Below are positions 1 to 9,801 of a stretch of 64,000 bases of DNA, piece by piece (within the stretch, counting starts at the first letter, position 1; the number at the start of each line of letters is the position of its first letter). The notes below the pieces were generated by a model that searched no databases, was not told the origin of the DNA, and saw only the letters and a list, made by a program, of their open reading frames with translations. The position numbers and the translations under genes were made by a program. This DNA is from a virus, in the IMG/VR virus record IMGVR_UViG_3300025669_000020, positions 41,614-105,613 of that record. One strand, 5' to 3'.

Positions 1-270
1 CCCATCGAGGGTACGGATGAGGTGGAGAGTGGTGTGGAGTGGGTGGACTGCACCCGTGAGGACATCCAGGGTCTTGCCCAGCGTGCGGTAAAGGTTCGGA
101 AGGGTCTCTACAGGCAAAAATTCGAGCCGACCCCTACCCCGAGCGGATGCCGGTTCTGCGATTACGAGACCGTGTGCGAAGCTCGCATTGCCCAGAAGGC
201 TGCCAATTCCAAGGGACGCCGGAAAAAGTCTGTGGAACTTCCCGCAGATGGTCTGTTGGAGATTTTCTAG
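1..270 (+). CDS. C-terminal part of PD-(D/E)XK (RecB/Cas4-like) nuclease, 5'-truncated by window
   Basis: Ends F-P-P..GCRFCDYETVC, the typical C-terminal Cys cluster of PD-(D/E)XK_1 nucleases. Confidence 0.65.
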   Translation, partial: PIEGTDEVESGVEWVDCTREDIQGLAQRAVKVRKGLYRQKFEPTPTPSGCRFCDYETVCEARIAQKAANSKGRRKKSVELPADGLLEIF

Positions 271-323
271 GGGGGTTCCGAACTACGGGAACCGGGTAGA
301 AAGGAAAACGGAAAGGAGTCCTC

Positions 324-593
324 ATGTCAGATCTTGATGCACGGTTGACGCAGGCGGTTAGCCGTCGTGACCAGGTAGCCAAAGATGTCCAGCGGCTTCA
401 GGGCAAGCAGGAAGCTGCCAAGGCCAACTTGACAGCCGTTGAGGATGAGTGCCGTAGCAAGGGTGTAGAGCCCGAAAACATCGCTGTGACCATCACGACT
501 CTGGAAGACAGATACCGTGAGAAGGTCGAAAACCTGGAGCGGGACGTGGCGGCTGCTGAAGCCGCCCTGGCCCCATTCACCAAGGAGTCATAA
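324..593 (+). CDS. Small coiled-coil protein (possibly part of split SbcC/Rad50)
   Basis: AAGGAG RBS; heptad-like helical sequence. Confidence 0.6.
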   Translation: MSDLDARLTQAVSRRDQVAKDVQRLQGKQEAAKANLTAVEDECRSKGVEPENIAVTITTLEDRYREKVENLERDVAAAEAALAPFTKES

Positions 594-597
594 CCCC

Positions 598-1725
598 ATG
601 CAGATCACCGTTGACAGAGAGATCCTGCAGAGTGCCATCGATAGCGTCAATGCCGCCGTCGAGGATTCTGCGGAAGACATCCACTCCCATTTCCTGTTCA
701 GGGTTCGGGAGGGTAAGGGTGACATCCTTGCCAGTAACGGAACCCGTGTCTTTGCGGGTGTTCTCGTAAATGACGGTTTCGAGTGCGACACCGACAGTGG
801 GATGTTCAGCGTCAAGGCATGGCGTATCCGCCAGCTTCTGAAGTCCATGAAGAGCGAGAAGGTCACCTTCAAGGTGGATGGGTTCAACATCACGGTGCCT
901 GACAGCAGGGGCGAGGTCACCTACTCTTCCCTGGATCCCTCCAGCTTCCCCTTCTGGGATCAGCAGTTCGAGGATGCCAAGCTGGTCGCCAAGATCACCG
1001 CGTCTCGGCTCCATGCTGCTTTCGGGTACACCAAGAACTTCATCTCTGACCGTGAGAACCAGACCCCTGCTCTGGCTGCCATGGAGGCCCGTGAGGGTGC
1101 TCTGTGGGCTACGGATCAGGTTGCTGTGTCCATGGTCTCTGTCAAGGGCATGGAGGAATCGGGCCTGTCCATCCATCGGAACGATGTGGGCAAGGTCATG
1201 AATTTCCTCCAGGCCAATGCCTCCGATGAGGTAGAGGTGCGTGAGCATGACCGCTGCACCCTTTTCGTGCGGGCTGATGGTGGTGTCCTGGGTGTGACTC
1301 GGTGGCAGTATGCGTTCCCAGCTCTGAAGCTCCAGAAGGACGGCCCCGTGAAGTGCTCCTTCACCGTGGATGCCGAAGAATTGAAGCGCCAGATCAACTT
1401 CCTGACATCTGCTGCCAAGAAGAACGATCCCCGCATCACTTTCAAGTACAAGCAGGGCGAGGACGCCCTCATCCTGGAAGTGGCCTCAGCCTTTGCGGGC
1501 AAGGTTGGTCGTACCACCCTGGACATCACTGCCCAGGACGGGATGGGAGAATTCCCAGAGGCGGGCTTCATCCTGAACCATGGCTACATCTCCAAGATCA
1601 TGACCCACTTCGGGGAAGAGTCCCTGAACATGGGCATCAACTGGACAAACAAGAATGGTTGGGTGGTCTTCCGCCACAAGCAGGAAGAGGATGACTACCT
1701 CACGGTCGTGGTGTGGCTGAAGTAG
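598..1725 (+). CDS. dnaN: DNA polymerase III beta-subunit-like sliding clamp
   Basis: MQITVDREILQSAI start, ASNG/ATD and FP motifs, ~375 aa three-domain length, near dnaX. Confidence 0.75.
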   Translation: MQITVDREILQSAIDSVNAAVEDSAEDIHSHFLFRVREGKGDILASNGTRVFAGVLVNDGFECDTDSGMFSVKAWRIRQLLKSMKSEKVTFKVDGFNITVPDSRGEVTYSSLDPSSFPFWDQQFEDAKLVAKITASRLHAAFGYTKNFISDRENQTPALAAMEAREGALWATDQVAVSMVSVKGMEESGLSIHRNDVGKVMNFLQANASDEVEVREHDRCTLFVRADGGVLGVTRWQYAFPALKLQKDGPVKCSFTVDAEELKRQINFLTSAAKKNDPRITFKYKQGEDALILEVASAFAGKVGRTTLDITAQDGMGEFPEAGFILNHGYISKIMTHFGEESLNMGINWTNKNGWVVFRHKQEEDDYLTVVVWLK

Positions 1726-2351
1726 CCGCCAGAATCCCGGCTCTCCGGTCACGGCTGGATCGCGTTCTCGGTGTTCGGGATGGGGTAGCAACCCGTCTGC
1801 AGAGCACCGAGACTGAGATCGCACGTCTGGAAAAGGAAGAGCAGCTGCTGGACATGGTATCCAACCTGTTCCGCACCCTCATTGACACTGAAGTCACCGA
1901 GGGGGTCAAGGCTGTAGAGCAGCTCCTGACGGAAGGGCTTCAAGCTGTTTTCGATGACCAAGACCTCAGTGTGCGTTCCGAGGTCAGCATCAAGAAGGGC
2001 AAGGTCAGTGTGGATTTCATCACTGTGCAGCGGCATCCTGATGGGTCTGTCACAGAAGGGCTCAGCAGGGAGGCTTTCGGCGGTGCTGTGACCACGGTGC
2101 AATCCGTGCTCCTTCGGATCCTGGTGGTTCTCCGCCGTGGTATGCGTCCTTTGCTGCTACTGGATGAGAGCCTTCCCGCTTTCGACCCCAACTATGTTCA
2201 CAACATGGGTAGATTCATACAGCTTCTCTGCAAGCGGCTTCAGGTAGATCTTCTCTTGGTCACCCATAATCCCGCTCTAGTGGAAGCCTCCAACGTCGGG
2301 TATGAGATACAGAAGCGGGGCGGTGCTGCTCAGTTTCGCAAGACCCGATAG
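1713..2351 (+). CDS. Rad50/SbcC-like ABC ATPase, C-terminal half only
   Basis: Coiled coil, degenerate signature AFGGA, Walker B LLLLDE, D-loop, H-loop LVTHN; no Walker A. Confidence 0.75.
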   Translation: MAEVAARIPALRSRLDRVLGVRDGVATRLQSTETEIARLEKEEQLLDMVSNLFRTLIDTEVTEGVKAVEQLLTEGLQAVFDDQDLSVRSEVSIKKGKVSVDFITVQRHPDGSVTEGLSREAFGGAVTTVQSVLLRILVVLRRGMRPLLLLDESLPAFDPNYVHNMGRFIQLLCKRLQVDLLLVTHNPALVEASNVGYEIQKRGGAAQFRKTR

Positions 2352-2360
2352 AGGTGCTGT

Positions 2361-2921
2361 ATGAAGAACTCTGGTGAGATCAGGCAGAAGGTCAAGCAAG
2401 TCCGCTACCGCTATCTGAAGAAGGCGTTGGATCGGAAGCTCCGCACATCCCCCGATACATGCCGCTTCAATGGGCAGCATGAGGACTGCGGGTATCAGTG
2501 TTGCCAGCACCGGATGGCAGATGAGGGGTGGAATGGCATCGTCTGTGATGAGAAGTTGGATGGTAGGGAGCGCTCTTTGCTGTGCCTCCACTTTGAGTTG
2601 AAGCACAGCAAAGAAGCCATCAAGGAGGCTTTGGACAGTTTCCTCAAGACAGCTCCTATTCAGGAGATCGCTTTCCATTTCCCCGACCTTGCGGCCCTTC
2701 TCTGGGTGCTGGATGGGGAGAGTGGTTTGCGGAATACTGAGGTAGAGCTGGACTTCCAGGACTCCGAGCCCAATCCCAAGCCCGACATGGAACCTGAAAA
2801 CGAGCAAACCCCCGCACTTCTCCCCGTAGATGACACCTCTATCCTGCATGTGCAGGATGTGGTGGAGCCCGTGTCAGGGTGGAAGGGGTGGTTCCGCCAA
2901 ATCTTTGGAGGTGGCTCATGA
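2361..2921 (+). CDS. Hypothetical Cys-rich protein
   Basis: GAGGTG RBS, operon packing. Confidence 0.6.
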   Translation: MKNSGEIRQKVKQVRYRYLKKALDRKLRTSPDTCRFNGQHEDCGYQCCQHRMADEGWNGIVCDEKLDGRERSLLCLHFELKHSKEAIKEALDSFLKTAPIQEIAFHFPDLAALLWVLDGESGLRNTEVELDFQDSEPNPKPDMEPENEQTPALLPVDDTSILHVQDVVEPVSGWKGWFRQIFGGGS

Positions 2922-3481
2922 AGGGTCCATCCGGTCTGCTGTCTGTGGCCAATTTCGACCAAGAGAACTTGAAAGAGCACACGCTTCTCCTGATGGAATT
3001 CCAGGTGAACCCGGAGACAGCTCCCTACCTTGTGTCCTCATCCGCATCCGTGATGTGGCTTCGCAGGGCTCATGGGGGTCGTGTGCGTGCCGCTGTCCGT
3101 GAGGTGTCTGTCTCTGATTACTACCGGGAGGTAGTGACAGAGGTGTACACCATGGGCACAGAGGCAGAGTGGGGCAACACTGCACCGCTGACCTTGGAAG
3201 GGGTGGAGACCTGTGTACAGCACTTGCACTCCTATGACCTGGCGAAGGTCACTGTGCTCTCCCACGAGGATGTCCCGTGGGAGTCCTGGGGAGTGCCTGT
3301 GGATGAGCCCTGGAACGGGGCCGAGATCGTGCTGACCTCTTGGATGCCACCTGGGATGGTGGTAGTCGTGCCAGAGGATCGCGGTTTTGTGGGGACCATC
3401 TGGAAGGTTGGGACACACAAGATCCTCTCTGTCATCCACAACGCCAGTCGTGGCATGGCCGTGGCTTGGGATGGGAAATGA
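2918..3481 (+). CDS. Hypothetical protein
   Basis: ATGA overlaps on both sides, GGAGGT RBS. Confidence 0.6.
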   Translation: MKGPSGLLSVANFDQENLKEHTLLLMEFQVNPETAPYLVSSSASVMWLRRAHGGRVRAAVREVSVSDYYREVVTEVYTMGTEAEWGNTAPLTLEGVETCVQHLHSYDLAKVTVLSHEDVPWESWGVPVDEPWNGAEIVLTSWMPPGMVVVVPEDRGFVGTIWKVGTHKILSVIHNASRGMAVAWDGK

Positions 3482-4206
3482 AAAAGTGGCTCCAGGAGAG
3501 AACCCGAGAGGCATTGGAACTCTCGGATGCCCTGGAGGGTCATCTCATGGGTCGGGGGATCAAGTACAAGACCATCAAGGACTTGTTCTTGGGAGAGTGG
3601 GGCAGGGACAGGGATGACGCTGAGACGGCACCTGACCCCGTGTTCCGTGAGCGGTACGGGCGGAAGGGTAAACCTCTTGCGGGCTCTCTGGTGTGCCCTC
3701 TGTTCAGCCCCAGGGGTTACCTGATAGGGGCGGAATTCCGTGCATGGCAGGGGCCAAAGGCTCTTTCCCGCTACCTCCTTCCTGAAGCGGCTTGGAACCC
3801 TATCCTGGTGGGGTTCCCGAAGGCGATGTCCAAGATATGGGATGGTGGGGATGTGTGGGTTGGAGAGGGCATCTTCGACATGTGTGCCTTGGAGCATGTC
3901 GTACCCCCACAGGATGCCCTGGTGGCTACGGTCAGAGCCAAGCTGACCAACAAGCACGTCGAGTTTCTGCGTCGGCATGTACGGGGGACGGTGTATATGG
4001 TCTATGATCGGGACGAAACAGGCAGGAGGGCGACAAAGGGGTGGGTAGATGACACGGGGAAGCGTCGTTGGGGGGCTCTGGATGTGCTGAACCGGGTAGG
4101 GGTCTCATGTAGGGATGTCCCCTACATCGGTGGAAAGGATCCCGGTGAAATCTGGGAGCGCTCTGGCACAGAGGGTCTCAGAGATGCTTTCGGCGGGATT
4201 TTCTAA
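3478..4206 (+). CDS. DnaG-like TOPRIM primase core (no Zn-binding domain)
   Basis: VGEGIFD, YDRDETG (DxD), KDPGE motifs. Confidence 0.8.
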   Translation: MKKWLQERTREALELSDALEGHLMGRGIKYKTIKDLFLGEWGRDRDDAETAPDPVFRERYGRKGKPLAGSLVCPLFSPRGYLIGAEFRAWQGPKALSRYLLPEAAWNPILVGFPKAMSKIWDGGDVWVGEGIFDMCALEHVVPPQDALVATVRAKLTNKHVEFLRRHVRGTVYMVYDRDETGRRATKGWVDDTGKRRWGALDVLNRVGVSCRDVPYIGGKDPGEIWERSGTEGLRDAFGGIF

Positions 4207-4221
4207 TTACGGGAGTCTGTT

Positions 4222-4725
4222 ATGGAAATGTGGAAGGCCAGCAAGGAAGTCGTGGATCGTGTTCAGGAGATGATCCGGGAATACCACCCTGACCTGGTGA
4301 TCGTCATGGACGAGATCGCCATCGTGTTCAAGGAGAAGGCTGCCAAGCGTGGTGGCAAGGTCATCCTGGGCAAGGCCAGCAAGGCGAACCCTTTGTTCTC
4401 CAGTGGTGTCCTCTCGGAGCAGCCCTGGAAGTTCATCATCGAGCTGCCCGCCGATGAGTGGGAGACCCTGGGCAACCGGAAGCAGTCGGCCCTCCTGGAC
4501 CGTCATCTGTGCGCGTGCCGCACCGAAGAGAACGCCGAAACGGGCGAGCTGAAGTGCAGCATCGCGCCTCCCGACGTGGCCTACTACTGGGATGAGCTGG
4601 ATCGCTGGGGCGACTGGCACCCCCGTGAGGAAGGCGACGAGGACAAGCCCAACATCATCAACGTGCTCTCGGGAGCCACCGATGGTGCAGCTGCCGTGGT
4701 CGTTGCTGAAGAGGCAGAGGAGTAG
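4222..4725 (+). CDS. Putative phage metallopeptidase-like protein (degenerate site)
   Basis: FIIEL..W..L...Q.ALLDRHLCAC..PDV resembles phage metallopeptidases (LLDHELxH), with the catalytic motif altered. Confidence 0.55.
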   Translation: MEMWKASKEVVDRVQEMIREYHPDLVIVMDEIAIVFKEKAAKRGGKVILGKASKANPLFSSGVLSEQPWKFIIELPADEWETLGNRKQSALLDRHLCACRTEENAETGELKCSIAPPDVAYYWDELDRWGDWHPREEGDEDKPNIINVLSGATDGAAAVVVAEEAEE

Positions 4726-4728
4726 ACG

Positions 4729-4970
4729 ATGCCCGCCGCTGTCAAGCCCGGCTGGAAGCTGCCTCCGCCCCCTGTGGCGGGGCACTGCCCTCCTACTATT
4801 TCGATAATGGGGACTGTCAGCTCTGGTGGGTGATCCCTACTGTGGATGCCTACGATCTTGTCCAGCAGGATGGGGAGATCGAGTGGCCTTTCACGGATGA
4901 CTATGCACACAAGTGCGATCTTGACCCGCTCGGGTTCTACGATCTGGAAGACCTCCCCGAGGTTGTGTGA
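4729..4970 (+). pseudogene. Small hypothetical gene apparently split by a 1-nt deletion in a G-run near 4780
   Basis: ATG 4729 frame stops early; a start-less frame (YYFDNGDCQLWWV...LPEVV) fills the gap to 4970. Confidence 0.35.
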
Positions 4971-5216
4971 ATGATGCTCCCCACGACTGCCGCGCAACTT
5001 CTACGAGAACAAGCCCGGCTGAGTGCGGCGGAGACGAAACAACGTGCTGAGGGAAAGGCCAAGAAGTGTCTTTTCCTCGCACAGTTGCTCCTTCCTCATG
5101 TCGAACTCCCTCTGGTCGAAGACCAGGCAGTGGATTTGATGGATGTCCCCGATGATGTGATGGAGAGGACCCTTCACAGAATAGCCGCTCAAAGGTGCGT
5201 TATAGAGGAAACATAG
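4971..5216 (+). CDS. Hypothetical protein
   Basis: Fills gap and abuts dnaX. Confidence 0.55.
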   Translation: MMLPTTAAQLLREQARLSAAETKQRAEGKAKKCLFLAQLLLPHVELPLVEDQAVDLMDVPDDVMERTLHRIAAQRCVIEET

Positions 5217-6692
5217 ATGGCATTGGATACTAAATATCGCCCCCTGACGTTCTCCGAGGTTGTGGGGCAAGAGTCCCACGTCCGAGTGCTGAGGCAGATT
5301 GTCCTCCAGGGGACAGGGTTTCATCAGAGCTATGTGTTCTGTGGTGGACATGGGTCAGGCAAGACCACGTTGGGTCGTATCCTAGCCCGTGCCCTTCTGT
5401 GTGAGAGCCCCGTAGAGGGCAACCCCTGTGACGAGTGTGCCTCTTGCCTGGAGATCCTGGAGACGGGTTCCAGTGAGTGCTTCACCGAGTTCGATGCCGC
5501 AACGAACTCCGGTAAGGACGACATCAAGCAGTTGGTGGAGGCCGTCCAGTACGACACCCTCTCGGGCAAACAGCGGCTGTACCTCATTGATGAGTCTCAC
5601 CGGCTCTCCAAGCAGGCATTGGATGCCCTCCTCAAGCCCATGGAGGACACGGTTGCAAAGAGTGGGAACAAGAGGCTGGTCTGCATCTTCTGCACCACCG
5701 AGCCTGAGAGGATGGTCGGCACCATTTTCTCCCGTTGTGCCCCTGCCTTCGTGATCCGTAATGTTGACCCGCAGAGCATTGCGAAGCGGTTGGAGTACAT
5801 CTGTGAGCATGAGGGGATCACCTATGATCCTGCTTCTTTGGTGCTCATCGCGGAGATCACGGAGTCCCATATCCGCGATGCCATCAAGACCATGGCGGGT
5901 GTGGCAACGCTGGGGTCGGTGAATGTCGAAAACACCAAGGTGTACCTGAGACTGGATACCCATGGGACATATCTCCAGATCCTGGCTGCCATCGGCAAAG
6001 ACCTGCCCCAAGTTCTTAGGTTGGCAGACACCTTGAGTGAGGCAGTGTCTCCCTCCACCTGTTACAAAAAGCTGGCCGAGTTTTCTATGCTGGCCTACAA
6101 GGTTTCATTGGGTGCGGTGGCACCCCCGACGTACATCAAGGCTGAGCATCTGAAGAAGATTGGGCAGTACCATGGTGAGAAGCTCCTGTGGTTCTGCAAG
6201 GTGTTCTCTTCCAAGATGGGGCACCCTACTCCGTATGTGCTGGCCTGTGATCTGGCCATGCTCCACCACCAGCGGTGCGGCTCTTGGGCATCGGCTACAG
6301 CGGTGCAATTGCCAACGGCGGGAAGTCGTGCCAAAGTGACTACAAGCACGATCCCCTCTACTACTGAAGAGAATTCTGGGACGGAACCCGATCCGGTCGA
6401 AGAATCCACTGCAGTTTTGGAAAATTCCGGTAAGGTAGAGGAACCAGTTTTCCCTAACCCTACTGGGAGTTCTGCCCGCACCACCAAGGGTGGTGTTTTT
6501 CTGGAGCAGAAAGCCGTTAAGAGGAAGAATGCCCCTGAAACAACCCCGGAAGGTTCTTTGCCTCCTTTGGGCGTTCCCGTTTTTCGGGATCTCCTGCAAC
6601 GTCGTGTGAACGAGCTTCGTAAGAATGCCCAGCAATACAGATCAGCGGGACGAACAGACATGGGTGGTCCTGGAACTGACCCGAACGGGTGA
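5217..6692 (+). CDS. dnaX: DNA polymerase III gamma/tau clamp loader
   Basis: KYRPLTFSEVVGQ, GGHGSGKTT Walker A, Zn cluster C..PCDECASC, IDESH, SRC motif. Confidence 0.92.
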   Translation: MALDTKYRPLTFSEVVGQESHVRVLRQIVLQGTGFHQSYVFCGGHGSGKTTLGRILARALLCESPVEGNPCDECASCLEILETGSSECFTEFDAATNSGKDDIKQLVEAVQYDTLSGKQRLYLIDESHRLSKQALDALLKPMEDTVAKSGNKRLVCIFCTTEPERMVGTIFSRCAPAFVIRNVDPQSIAKRLEYICEHEGITYDPASLVLIAEITESHIRDAIKTMAGVATLGSVNVENTKVYLRLDTHGTYLQILAAIGKDLPQVLRLADTLSEAVSPSTCYKKLAEFSMLAYKVSLGAVAPPTYIKAEHLKKIGQYHGEKLLWFCKVFSSKMGHPTPYVLACDLAMLHHQRCGSWASATAVQLPTAGSRAKVTTSTIPSTTEENSGTEPDPVEESTAVLENSGKVEEPVFPNPTGSSARTTKGGVFLEQKAVKRKNAPETTPEGSLPPLGVPVFRDLLQRRVNELRKNAQQYRSAGRTDMGGPGTDPNG

Positions 6693-7176
6693 GGCTCGTG
6701 TAGAAGAGGGGGACCTGGGCGGGGTCTTGCAGGATGCACTCAAGGTGGGGAAGAACCACCCTGTTTTCATTCCTGCAATGGTCTATGCACGGGGGAACCG
6801 TAGAGTGGTCATTCACTTGATGGAGGGGTACGCATTTATAGCCAGTGGCCTCCCAGATGTGGAGTATTTCAAGCTGGAGCATCATTGCCCCCATGTGCGG
6901 CAAGTCCTCACTGTAGAAGACCCTCACAAGATGCGTGTCCTCAGTGTGGTTCCCAACTCCAGCATTCAGGATATGCGACGCAGCCTGCACGAGCAGATCG
7001 CGTCCGACATCAAGAGGGGGATGCACGTGAACATCACAGAGGGGCTCTACTCAGCTCTGGACGGCGAGGTTTTGGAGGTGGGCGAGCAAAACGCCCATGT
7101 CCGTATCACCCTTCGATCCTTGGATTTGATAGTGCGGATCCCAAGGGTGTTCTTGTCTCCGGAGGATCCAGAATGA
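6625..7176 (+). CDS. NusG/RfaH-like transcription elongation factor
   Basis: W-V-V N-terminus, VFIP, LMEGYAFI (NGN), C-terminal KOW V.ITEGLYSALDGEV. Confidence 0.75.
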   Translation: MPSNTDQRDEQTWVVLELTRTGEARVEEGDLGGVLQDALKVGKNHPVFIPAMVYARGNRRVVIHLMEGYAFIASGLPDVEYFKLEHHCPHVRQVLTVEDPHKMRVLSVVPNSSIQDMRRSLHEQIASDIKRGMHVNITEGLYSALDGEVLEVGEQNAHVRITLRSLDLIVRIPRVFLSPEDPE

Positions 7177-7787
7177 GTCGTAATTGGTGGTCAGGCCACA
7201 AAGTTATCGATCCCGCCGAAATGGAGGCACGCTTTGCCAACGAAGACGGGATGGCTTTTCTGGATGCCGTGGTCAATGAGGAGTTGTCCAAAGAAGGCCA
7301 GGAGATGCTGGATAGGGTGAAGGGTGTCCTGGACTCCCTCCCCGCACGAGAAGCAGACTTCATTGACCTCTACTACTTCAAGCGTCTCAAACAGACAGAC
7401 ATCGCTACCATCTTCAAGGTATCCCAACCCACTGTCTGCTACAGGCTCCAACGAGCAGCCCACCGCATCCGCTTCCTGTTGTCGCTCCCAGAGATTGAAG
7501 AGCAAGCCCTGGTCGATGCTGTGCAGGAAAACCTGGAAGACCCCCTGGACTCGAACATCATGGTGCTCATGTACCACACCACCTGCCAGTCCGAGGTGGC
7601 AAAACGACTCGGTGTCAGCCAGGGCCTGGTACGCCACCGCTTCATTCGTTCTATCGGGAGGCTCTCCAAGATCGAGGGCTTGGAGGACTATGTGGAGCTG
7701 TTCCAAGCCATCTCCACCAACCTGAACATCCTCCGCGAAGTTCAGCGCCCCACCTGGGGTGCCCAGGTCACGCATATCCTGGGGTAG
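7173..7787 (+). CDS. Sigma-70 region-4-like protein with two HTH motifs
   Basis: LPAREADFIDLYY..LKQTDIA..FKVSQPTV and CQSEVAKRLGVSQGLVRHR. Confidence 0.7.
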   Translation: MSRNWWSGHKVIDPAEMEARFANEDGMAFLDAVVNEELSKEGQEMLDRVKGVLDSLPAREADFIDLYYFKRLKQTDIATIFKVSQPTVCYRLQRAAHRIRFLLSLPEIEEQALVDAVQENLEDPLDSNIMVLMYHTTCQSEVAKRLGVSQGLVRHRFIRSIGRLSKIEGLEDYVELFQAISTNLNILREVQRPTWGAQVTHILG

Positions 7788-7788
7788 T

Positions 7789-7819
7789 CGGTTATCCTTC
7801 TATGTCCTCGCAGGGGTAG
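7789..7819 (+). promoter_or_regulatory. Putative phage late promoter motif
   Basis: CGGT-tatcctt-CTAT-N12-GTAG. Confidence 0.65.
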
Positions 7820-7833
7820 TACCTTGTGAGGAA

Positions 7834-8154
7834 ATGATGTCTGAACAGAACCTAGCACCAGAGAGCAGAATCGTGATGGCCAAGGATTTGGCCACGCGAT
7901 GGTTGCAAGCCCGAACACGCCCTGAGTACCGCATGCAGGTGTACTACGGGGCGCGTGAGGTGAAGGGCATCCCCAACCTTCTGAAGAGCTTCCGCGATGG
8001 GAAGATTCGCATGGGGTCTGTGGAACCCCTGGGAGATCTCGGAATCGATGAGCACTTCGACTCGATCACCGTGTGGTCGTCCAACCGTGTAGCCCTGATG
8101 GGCCTCAAGGACTGGTTCGAGACACGGGGGTTCGAGACAACAGGGGTGTGGTAG
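7834..8154 (+). CDS. Hypothetical (probable virion) protein
   Basis: Follows motif; carries DLATRWLQA tag variant. Confidence 0.6.
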   Translation: MMSEQNLAPESRIVMAKDLATRWLQARTRPEYRMQVYYGAREVKGIPNLLKSFRDGKIRMGSVEPLGDLGIDEHFDSITVWSSNRVALMGLKDWFETRGFETTGVW

Positions 8155-8586
8155 ATGGCAGCCACCAGGCTCGGACTCGAATCCACCTACCGTTCCCCCT
8201 CCACGGGGTCGGTCTACTACACCTTCATTATCACCTCCGACGTGTCGGGGAACGTGTCGGTACGGGACATCCAAGGCCCCTATGGGCTCATTGTGGACAC
8301 CCTGACCGATGTTCCCTCCTCCGTCATTGCGGACATCACAACCGCTATCAACGCAGTGGAGGCCATTTTGGCTGGCATCTCTTCCACCAGTGGCAGCGTG
8401 ACGTTCGCAGCCGAGACTTCCCAGGCAGTGGTGTTCAGCACCGCTCTGGCTGACGCCACCTACCGCGTCTACACCAATACGGCGGAGTTCGTGCCTGTGA
8501 AGATCACGAGCAAGGCTACCACTGGGTTCACCATCGAAATCGGTGTGACCTTCACCGGAACCGTCTACTACGACGTGCTCGTGTAG
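8155..8586 (+). CDS. Virion structural protein (beta-rich, H-type-lectin-like C-terminus)
   Basis: Thr/Ser/Val-rich; VKITSKATTGFTI resembles the end of the next gene (VRVSSKTAANFVI). Confidence 0.55.
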   Translation: MAATRLGLESTYRSPSTGSVYYTFIITSDVSGNVSVRDIQGPYGLIVDTLTDVPSSVIADITTAINAVEAILAGISSTSGSVTFAAETSQAVVFSTALADATYRVYTNTAEFVPVKITSKATTGFTIEIGVTFTGTVYYDVLV

Positions 8587-8596
8587 AGAGGGCCTG

Positions 8597-9799
8597 ATGG
8601 CACAAACCCCATTCCAAGTAGATGCACTCCAGATCGAGCCGGGCTCTGGTGATACCCTGACAATCAGTCGGGATGCCACTGCAGGAGCGATGAAGCTCCT
8701 CGATGCGGTCCTCACCTCGGGGATCCTACTCCCCGATCTTTCGGGACTGCGGAACATCACGGGTGTTCATATCGTCGGTTCAGCTGGGACAGGAGCCAAG
8801 TACACCGCAATCCAAGACGGTGTCGACGCCGTGGCTGTTACGGCGGACGTGGATGCCCCTGAGCTGGTCCTGGTCCTCACCGGGGTCTACACCGAGAACC
8901 TGCTCATCCAGAAGGATGGGGTCGTCATCATGGGCCAGGGCCTGGTCCGGGTCACCCCCGACAACACCGCCAGTCCTACTGTGACCATCTCGACAGCGGT
9001 CGGCACGACACCGAACTACACGATGTTGAAGAACCTCACCGTGGAGCATCCCACCGCCGGCGAGGTTTGTGTCTCTATCGCGGGGGGAGCCGCCTCCGTT
9101 GTGGGCTCCACAGGCATCTACATCGATGGCTGCAACATCGTGGCCTCAGGGGTAGGCACCTATCAGGTGGATGCAGACACCGTGAACAACGTCTACATCC
9201 GGGGTGGCACCTGGGCAGGTTCCAGTTCCAGTGCTGTCTGTCAGGCTGCCAACTGTGCCCTCTTCTATGTGTCCAACGTGGAAGAGACACAGAACTTCCA
9301 GGTCAGCTACGACACCGCTGCTGCCCGCCCGCTGACCACCACGTCGGCTTACCGGCTGTGGAACCTGGGGTCTGCAACAGACCTCCTCTCCAGCCTCTCC
9401 GGTGCAGGTAGCCTGACCATCAGTGGCTGCCCCTCCATGGGGAATGTGGCCCAGGCAGGGGACAGAGCCCTGACCCTCAACTACAGCCGCGTTGGAACCC
9501 TCACCCTGGACGACACTACCGCAGGAACCTTGTTGGGTTCGACACGGGGTGTGGCTGCTGGAAACGGCACCCTCCAAGAGGACTCCCTGACCAGCACCTC
9601 GGTGTTTGCGGCAGAGGGGGTGGCAGGCAAGACCATCACCTTCGCAGTGGATCAGCCTGACACGGACTACGCTGTGTTCCTGGACTGGACGGGCACAGAA
9701 TCCGTGCGTGTGTCCAGCAAGACAGCTGCCAACTTCGTCATCACCACATCTGGCAACATCACCGGGTCGTTGTTCTACACCGTCAACCGGGAGATCTGA
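8597..9799 (+). CDS. Pectin-lyase-like beta-helix virion fibre/appendage protein
   Basis: YTAIQDGVDA...VLVLTGVYTENL is a typical beta-helix N-cap. Confidence 0.65.
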   Translation: MAQTPFQVDALQIEPGSGDTLTISRDATAGAMKLLDAVLTSGILLPDLSGLRNITGVHIVGSAGTGAKYTAIQDGVDAVAVTADVDAPELVLVLTGVYTENLLIQKDGVVIMGQGLVRVTPDNTASPTVTISTAVGTTPNYTMLKNLTVEHPTAGEVCVSIAGGAASVVGSTGIYIDGCNIVASGVGTYQVDADTVNNVYIRGGTWAGSSSSAVCQAANCALFYVSNVEETQNFQVSYDTAAARPLTTTSAYRLWNLGSATDLLSSLSGAGSLTISGCPSMGNVAQAGDRALTLNYSRVGTLTLDDTTAGTLLGSTRGVAAGNGTLQEDSLTSTSVFAAEGVAGKTITFAVDQPDTDYAVFLDWTGTESVRVSSKTAANFVITTSGNITGSLFYTVNREI

Positions 9800-9801
9800 T
9801 C

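Noticed and set aside
1-270. cas4 as part of a CRISPR-Cas locus
   Set aside because: Sits in the replication operon with no other cas genes; a stand-alone phage exonuclease is more likely
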